From the NCBI GenBank assembly GCA_951406725.2, contig OX597838.1:45074001-45138000 (forward strand): 64,000 nt of DNA, read 5' to 3'. This DNA is from Octopus vulgaris (lineage: Eukaryota). The first letter of the stretch is position 1, and each line of letters starts with the position of its first letter. This document shows, in pieces, positions 56,906 to 64,000 of the stretch. Under the pieces are notes generated by a model. It did no database searches and was not told where the DNA came from. It saw nothing but the letters and a program-made list of their open reading frames with translations. Made by a program: the position numbers and the translations under genes.

Positions 56906-57498
56906 GTTTAAATATTTGTTGTGCAAGATTTTTTATGTGAAGTCGTGTGTTGAAACAGATATTGTTATATTTCGGAATGGTCATTTTGCCAGTTTAGCCA
57001 ATAAAAACACACGCACTATATATTTGGTGTTATTTTGCTTCAGTGATATTTATTTTTTACATTAATCTTAATCTTATTTCGGCCAAAGTTCTTTCGTCAC
57101 ACTCCTGTGACCGCATCAGTGGTCCTTTGTTTTCTTCTCACTTACTTGTGTCTCTCCTTACTAACCGTCAGCCATTTTGTATTTCTATTGTATGTCTTCA
57201 TTTGCGCATGCTTATATCTCTATGTGCGTCTATGTTTATTTAGTGTGTGTGTGGGGGGGATGCCTGTAATATTTGTATCTTCTGGTTATATACATTCTTG
57301 TAATTTGTATTTTGTTTTTGTTGTTGTTGCTTTTGTTCTAATTTTATTCATGTATTTACATCCACCCATTATTATCATTACATATGCTTGTATGTATGTA
57401 TAACAACAATATTAGTAATAATAATAATAAATCTAATCGAGAAAAAAAAAAAAAAAAAGAATATACATATACATATATATATATATACATACATATAC

Positions 57499-57535
<37 letters not shown>

Positions 57536-57653
57536 TACACACATATATACACATATACATATACATATATATACACATATACATATATATAGATATTCAT
57601 TTCTATTTCTTTAATTACCTGTGTATTTATTATGTTTGCAGGATCCACTATTG

Positions 57654-59207
57654 TCATATGTTGTGGTGTGCGCTATTGCTCCATTCTAGTTTTCTATTCA
57701 GGCTAGGTTTATTTTCTATTATATGTGTAGCTTCTGTAATTTGTCTAATTGTTGCATCTGTTCTATGTGTGGACAATATCTTAATCTCTATGTTATTGAT
57801 TGATCCCCCGTGTTCTTGTTCGGCGTGTTGGTACAGAATCGATGAGCTTTTACCTTCCTTGAGTTGTCTCCAATGTTCATTCACCCGCTCACCAATGCTT
57901 CTTGCAGTTTCCCCTACGTATGTTACTGTCTTGTTACTGCATCGTCCCTCTATACATCTTATACTATAGACCACATTTCTGGCTTTACAGTTCGTTTGTG
58001 GGCTAAATCTACATACAGTGCAATAGTTATCCGTACAGAGAGTTCTACTAAAAGGATAGGTTCTACCAATTATAGATCTGATAGGGTTGCCTGGCTTTTC
58101 AACAACCTTAATTCTTAGTTTAAGTTTATCTAGGGTCCTTCTAAAGCGGTACGCTAGTTCACCTCCAGGGGTGGTGTCAACGAACATGACACTCTGGTAT
58201 TTATGGCTATCATACCAAGAGTTGGCCTTCCTTATTTTCTTTTTTGTCCTTTCTATAGTGTTCCATGACTTGTTCCTATAGAGTGGGCAAATCCCATTCC
58301 TATCATTACATAATATATTATCAAATTTCTTCATGGCTCCTTTGTATACTCTGATCCTTTCTTTATGGCTGTAACCTGAGAACTGCATGCGGTGAATGAA
58401 ATACTGTATGTGTCTCTTTAATTCTGTAGGCTCGCACATGCGTGACACATTTCTCATTATTCTGACGAGGTCTGCCATCAAAATATTGAATTTGGCATTG
58501 CTCGCAATGGCTGAGTTCCGGTGGATCAGGTATTTTGAGGCCATAGGTTTTGCATAGTATGAATGAAGGATTTGGGTTTTATTTTTCACAATTTCTAGCC
58601 AGAGTTCAGTGTCTAGTACTGGTAGTCTATGGTTGGGGTGTTTAGTGGGGTAGTCTATTGTGACCTTAATACTCTGGTGGATGGAGTTAGCTATTTGCTG
58701 GATGCTCTCTATAGTATTAGTTTCTATTACTATATCAACAGTACTTTCTTGTGGGGGTGCCTTTACTACTATATTGATATCATCAACATAGCGAGAGTAC
58801 ATGTTTACGAGTATGGATTTCTGCAGTAGGCATTCTTTAAGCCTTCTGTCCCACCATACCATGAAGAGGTTGGCCACATCACCAGCGATACTAACACCGA
58901 TGGCTGCCCCCTCGTCCTGGGCATATATTTTATTATTAAATTTAAATGTGTGGCCTTTTAGGGTAACTCTTATACTAGCTCCTAGTGCATGTGCGATCAT
59001 TTTCTTTACCTGATGGACATTTGCGGGGCTCCGTATGGCTCTGGTCCATCCGCGCCATCTTTCTATATGTGTCTTCCTAGCCATAGAAGTAATTGTAGGC
59101 GGTCTACCTCTTAAACATCTACTGGGGCAGAAACTACTAAGATTATGTTTATCTAAGTATTCACTATTATATGTCAGTCTAAGTAGGAGGCCCAGTTCTT
59201 CATTCAT
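57654..59207 (-). CDS. 5'-truncated PLE polyprotein: reverse transcriptase + Cys-rich linker + C-terminal GIY-YIG endonuclease
   Basis: [81 protein letters not shown]. No stops over about 515 codons. Confidence 0.9.
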   Translation of the reverse strand: MNEELGLLLRLTYNSEYLDKHNLSSFCPSRCLRGRPPTITSMARKTHIERWRGWTRAIRSPANVHQVKKMIAHALGASIRVTLKGHTFKFNNKIYAQDEGAAIGVSIAGDVANLFMVWWDRRLKECLLQKSILVNMYSRYVDDINIVVKAPPQESTVDIVIETNTIESIQQIANSIHQSIKVTIDYPTKHPNHRLPVLDTELWLEIVKNKTQILHSYYAKPMASKYLIHRNSAIASNAKFNILMADLVRIMRNVSRMCEPTELKRHIQYFIHRMQFSGYSHKERIRVYKGAMKKFDNILCNDRNGICPLYRNKSWNTIERTKKKIRKANSWYDSHKYQSVMFVDTTPGGELAYRFRRTLDKLKLRIKVVEKPGNPIRSIIGRTYPFSRTLCTDNYCTVCRFSPQTNCKARNVVYSIRCIEGRCSNKTVTYVGETARSIGERVNEHWRQLKEGKSSSILYQHAEQEHGGSINNIEIKILSTHRTDATIRQITEATHIIENKPSLNRKLEWSNSAHHNI

Positions 59208-59221
59208 ACTATGCAAAACCT

Positions 59222-60112
59222 ATGGCCTCAAAATACCTGATCCACCGGAACTCAGCCATTGCGAGCAATGCCAAATTCAATATTTTGATGGCAGACCTCG
59301 TCAGAATAATGAGAAATGTGTCACGCATGTGCGAGCCTACAGAATTAAAGAGACACATACAGTATTTCATTCACCGCATGCAGTTCTCAGGTTACAGCCA
59401 TAAAGAAAGGATCAGAGTATACAAAGGAGCCATGAAGAAATTTGATAATATATTATGTAATGATAGGAATGGGATTTGCCCACTCTATAGGAACAAGTCA
59501 TGGAACACTATAGAAAGGACAAAAAAGAAAATAAGGAAGGCCAACTCTTGGTATGATAGCCATAAATACCAGAGTGTCATGTTCGTTGACACCACCCCTG
59601 GAGGTGAACTAGCGTACCGCTTTAGAAGGACCCTAGATAAACTTAAACTAAGAATTAAGGTTGTTGAAAAGCCAGGCAACCCTATCAGATCTATAATTGG
59701 TAGAAACTATCCTTTTAGTAGAACTCTCTGTACGGATAACTATTGCACTGTATGTAGATTTAGCCCACAAACGAACTGTAAAGCCAGAAATGTGGTCTAT
59801 AGTATAAGATGTATAGAGGGACGATGCAGTAACAAGACAGTAACATACGTAGGGGAAACTGCAAGAAGCATTGGTGAGCGGGTGAATGAACATTGGAGAC
59901 AACTCAAGGAAGGTAAAAGCTCATCGATTCTGTACCAACACGCCGAACAAGAACACGGGGGATCAATCAATAACATAGAGATTAAGATATTGTCCACACA
60001 TAGAACAGATGCAACAATTAGACAAATTACAGAAGCTACACATATAATAGAAAATAAACCTAGCCTGAATAGAAAACTAGAATGGAGCAATAGCGCACAC
60101 CACAACATATGA
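59222..60112 (+). CDS. Second, more truncated copy of the PLE ORF (RT thumb + GIY-YIG)
   Basis: Matches the left arm except for one residue that I could find (GRTYP vs GRNYP). Confidence 0.88.
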   Translation: MASKYLIHRNSAIASNAKFNILMADLVRIMRNVSRMCEPTELKRHIQYFIHRMQFSGYSHKERIRVYKGAMKKFDNILCNDRNGICPLYRNKSWNTIERTKKKIRKANSWYDSHKYQSVMFVDTTPGGELAYRFRRTLDKLKLRIKVVEKPGNPIRSIIGRNYPFSRTLCTDNYCTVCRFSPQTNCKARNVVYSIRCIEGRCSNKTVTYVGETARSIGERVNEHWRQLKEGKSSSILYQHAEQEHGGSINNIEIKILSTHRTDATIRQITEATHIIENKPSLNRKLEWSNSAHHNI

Positions 60113-60635
60113 CAATAGTGGATCCTGCAAACATAATAAATACACAGGTAATTAAAGAAATAGAAATGAATATCTATATATATGTATATGTGTATATATA
60201 TGTATATGTATATGTGTATATATGTGTGTATATATGTATATATATATATATATGTATATGTATATGTATGTATATATATATATGTATATGTATATTCTTT
60301 TTTTTTTTTTTTTTTTTTATAGATTATATTTATTATTATTATTACTAATATTGTTGTTATACATACATACAAGCATATGTAATGATAATAATGGGTGGAT
60401 GTAAACACATGAATAAAATTAGAACAAAAGCAACAACAACAAAAACAAAATACAAATTACAAGAATGTATATAACCAGAAGATACAAATATTACAGGCAT
60501 CCCCCCCACACACACACTAAATAAACATAGACGCACATAGAGATATAAGCATGCGCAAATGAAGACATACAATAGAAATACAAAATGGCTGACGGTTAGT
60601 AAGGAGAGACACAAGTAAGTGAGAAGAAAACAAAG

Positions 60636-60679
60636 GACCACTGATGCGGTCACAGGAGTGTGACGAAAGAACTTTGGCC
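60636..60679 (+). ncRNA. pLTR HHR motif with A9C core change (copies 57081-57124 -, 26261-26306 -)
   Basis: GACCA-CTGATGC-G-GTCACA-GGAG-TGTGAC-GAAA-GAAC-TT-TGGCC. Confidence 0.65.
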
Positions 60680-60793
60680 GAAATAAGATTAAGATTAATG
60701 TAAAAAATAAATATCACTGAAGCAAAATAACACCAAATATATAGTGCGTGTGTTTTTATTGGCTAAACTGGCAATATGACCATTCCGAAATAT

Positions 60794-60841
<48 letters not shown>

Positions 60842-61021
60842 GTGTTCTATAAACATACATATGTATAAATATATATGTTTGTTTGTGTGTCTATAAACAT
60901 AAATATATGTGTATGTATATATATACATACACATATATGTATGTTTAAAGAAACACAAACAAACATATATATATATATATACACACACACATATATACAT
61001 ACCCACACATACACATATATT

Positions 61022-61062
<41 letters not shown>

Positions 61063-61102
61063 GTAAATATAAATATCAATATATATATATATATACACAC
61101 AA

Positions 61103-61133
<31 letters not shown>

Positions 61134-61474
61134 CATACGCACACAGACACACTGGTGCTAAGTTGGTTCATACGATGTGGCTTCCAGTTCGTTTGATCAA
61201 GGGAACGGTGTCCTGTTAAACTGACGTGCAAATGGCTGACCATTCGACAAACTTCCATACCCCCATACCCTTAATATTATAGTTCCCAGGGTGCCACAGC
61301 CGGATAGGATGTGATAAAGCTGGGCCTTTGAAATACTACTGATTTAGTTAGGTAAGTGCTGCACTGGACCAGCATGAAGTAAAATTTCTCGCTCCACACA
61401 ACATCGAACTCACAACCTGATAGTCAGAAGCCCAATTTCCTAACCACTAAGCCAAGCACAGTCAGTATATTTAA

Positions 61475-61543
<69 letters not shown>

Positions 61544-61581
61544 AGTCTCTCTCTCTCTCTCTCTCTCCATATATATATATA

Positions 61582-63696
61582 TTGATTGATTCTAGTTTCA
61601 GCTTATGAGCTGTGGCCATGCTGGGGCACCGCCATTTGGTGTTGCTACTTGGTTTCACTTCATGGAGGCTTTCTAGCAACTGCTATTTGGTGCATGAGAG
61701 AGTTCGATGCAGCTGCCCTCATCTGCCCCTCCTGCCGTGAAGTTGGTTCATCTGGGACACCTGACAGGAAGAGATCCAGCTTCATTTTAAAGACATCTGT
61801 ATCCACCCCATGCAGGTCTCTCAGGTTCTTCGGGAGGATATTGAAGAGCTGTGGGCCTCGGAAGCCCAGGCTATCACAGAATCTTGTCCTACATCTTGAT
61901 GGCAGGTTTGGAGTCCTAGGCACCACGCAGTGGCGCCCAGTTCTGGCATTTGCGTAACTCTCGATGCCAAAGTTCAGGACACTTCCCTCCAGGATCTTCC
62001 AGATGTATATTATGGCATATCTTTCCCGCCTACGCTCCAGGGAATATAATTTTAATCTCTTGAGTCTTTCCCAGTAGCTTACATTCTGCATAGAGGCTAT
62101 CTTCTTTGTGTAGCTTCGTTGGATCGCCTCAAGTTCTGTGATCAACTTGACACTGGATGGTGACCATAGCTGAGAGCAATAGTCAAAGTGGCTTAGGACA
62201 AGTGTCTTCCAGAGGACCATCATGGTTTCTTGTTCTCTTGTTCTAAAGGTTCTAAGAATCCATCCAGCCAGCCGTCTACATTTCATTGTCAGTTTAGCAA
62301 CATGTACATGAAAGGTCGCGTCATCACTCATGTGAATACCCAGGTCACGCACTGATTGTGCCTCTGGGATTGCAATCCCTCCGGGTCCAGTGTATTCATT
62401 GGGTATTGCATTCAGTTTTGCATGCTGATAGTATAAAGCTTGAAACTTTCCAGCATTGAACTGCATGCTATTCTTTTCAGCCCACTTGTATATTTCGTCC
62501 AGCTCACATTGCAGGTGTTTAGTGTCCTCAGGGTTCTGTATTGCCTGTGAAACTTTTGTATCATCTGCATAACTTGTGATCGTGGCTCTCTGCGTGGCTG
62601 AGGGCATGTCTGAGAGGGCCATTATGAACAGTAGTGGTCCCAGAACAGTGCCCTGCGGAACACCGCTCACTATTTGTGTGTTAATGGAGGTGGCCCCATT
62701 GGCTACTACCACCTGACTTCTATCCTTCAGAAAGTCATGAAGCCATTCTCCCAGTTTTCCAACTATGTTGAGATCACGCAGTTTGTGACATATCATTCCA
62801 TGATCGACTTTATCAAAGGCCTTTGCAAAGTCGAGATATATCACTTCCACATTTGAGTGGTTGAGCAGCCGTTTCAGCACCCAGTCATAGTGTTGTAGGA
62901 GCTGAGTTAAACAGCTTCTCCCTGGTCGGAAACCATGTTGGGTGTCGGGCAGCAAGTCATTCTCTTCAAGGAAGGTGATCAGCTTCCTTCTGACTATTCG
63001 TTCCATGACCTTGCTGATGTGTGAGGTCAGAGAGATAGGTCTATAGTTCTTGGCTTCCGCTCTGCTACCTCCTTTATGAATGGGGCATATTTTACCTTCC
63101 TTCAGTTTTCCTGGAAGTTTGCCAGCTGCAAGGAAGCTCTGAAAGAGGAACTGCAGTGGTCTTGCTAGGACTCTCTTACATGCTTTTAGGAGGATTGCCG
63201 GGAATCCATCGGGGCCAGTAGCTGAGTCTGTTTTCATTTCATCTATAGCCTTGGTTACATCGTCTTCCTTTATATCGATGTAATCTATCGTCGCCGCCTC
63301 TGATTTTATATCTGCAGTGGTAAAAAAGTCAGTTGGATTGATGATTTGGAGATGCCCAAGGGGTGGAGTGAAAACACTCTTGAATTGCTCATTCAGTATT
63401 TCACTTACCCTCATTGGTTTTCCTGTAAGTGTGCCATCCTTTTCGAGGAGTGGCCCTATTCTACAGTGCACTGTAGCTGTTTCTTTGGCATACCTGTAGA
63501 AAGCTCTGGGGTTAGATTTTATGTTTTCTATAGCCCAGGCTTCTTTGTCTGCTCTTTCTTTTTCATGGGAGAGTTGTAGACATTTTTCGATTTCCAACAG
63601 TTTTATTTTTAGGCGGGACTTTTCACTGCTTTCAATCTGTTTGTTTAGGCGATTTGAAAATTTCGTACGCCGTCTCATTAAAATTTTCCTCTCTCT

Positions 63697-63698
<2 letters not shown>
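61582..63698 (-). mobile_element. 5'-truncated CR1-group LINE with an uninterrupted 672-aa RT ORF (61660-63678)
   Basis: ATGPDG, NYRPISLTS, QHGFRPGRSC, YLDFAKAFDKVDH, SGVPQGTVLGPLLF, YADDTK, LERRRERY. 3' GGCGGTGCCCCAGCATGGCC. (TA)n on both sides. Same family as 30326-31672. Confidence 0.95.
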
Positions 63699-63733
<35 letters not shown>

Positions 63734-63899
63734 TAGTTATCACCATACTAATATGGCAGTCTATAAATATAAGACTAAAGCTGTCGCTGATTAGCCCCAA
63801 GAGGCCATCGCCTCTAGCTAGCTATATGACACACGAAGCTGCATCTATTACAACCTTCGAACAGGGGAGGTCAGCCGCTTCACCTTGCTAGTCAGACAT

Positions 63900-63940
63900 C
63901 TGCAGACACGTTTCAGGGTTGTTGCCCTTTATCAATGCAG
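63900..63940 (-). ncRNA. Type I HHR with U3-A8 core, inside a repeat related to arrays A and B (63732-64000)
   Basis: CTGCA-TTGATAA-AGGG-CAACAA-CCCT-GAAA-CGTG-TC-TGCAG. Downstream TTGGGGCTAA and TCCCCTGTTCG echo array A/B motifs. Confidence 0.75.
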
Positions 63941-64000
63941 CGTAGTCAGACCCAGCATGTGTCGCTACTGACCGTCTCTGTTCGAAGATTTTATTTACCT

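Larger units (their letters stand above)
56905..60800. mobile_element. Penelope-like element (PLE) as a divergent inverted pair: left arm 56905-~59205 (-), right arm ~59198-60800 (+)
   Basis: Near-identical arms, RT + GIY-YIG ORF, terminal repeats with HHR motif, (TA)n flanks. Confidence 0.95.

Noticed and set aside
61475-61545. (TATC)n as another Tx1 insertion site
   Set aside because: No Tx1 sequence is adjacent; it is an empty tract.

Overview
This is AT-rich, microsatellite-saturated eukaryotic intergenic or intronic DNA. The SINE families and composition look like an Octopus genome (inference). I can support no host protein-coding gene, and almost all listed ORFs are translations of microsatellites or antisense frames of transposons. 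Main contents: (1) four copies of a Tx1/L1-group non-LTR retrotransposon, each embedded in (GATA)n in the same orientation, plus an ORF1-only relative inserted into a SINE head with a 16-bp TSD; (2) two 5'-truncated CR1-group LINEs whose 3' motif and hairpin are shared with the commonest SINE; (3) a young Penelope-like element (RT + GIY-YIG) present as a divergent inverted pair; (4) about 25 type I hammerhead ribozyme (HHR) motifs. The HHRs lie in PLE terminal repeats, in retrozyme-like tandem arrays (353, 359 and 576 bp units) and in small foldback insertions. They include compensatory catalytic-core variants (C3-G8, U3-A8, G3-C8) plus U4C and A9C variants. Every HHR-bearing inverted insertion has the same polarity (5' ends inward, 3' ends mostly abutting (TA)n), which points to one PLE-driven mobilisation system. 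All RNA structures and coordinates were read by eye, and ribozyme activity is untested.
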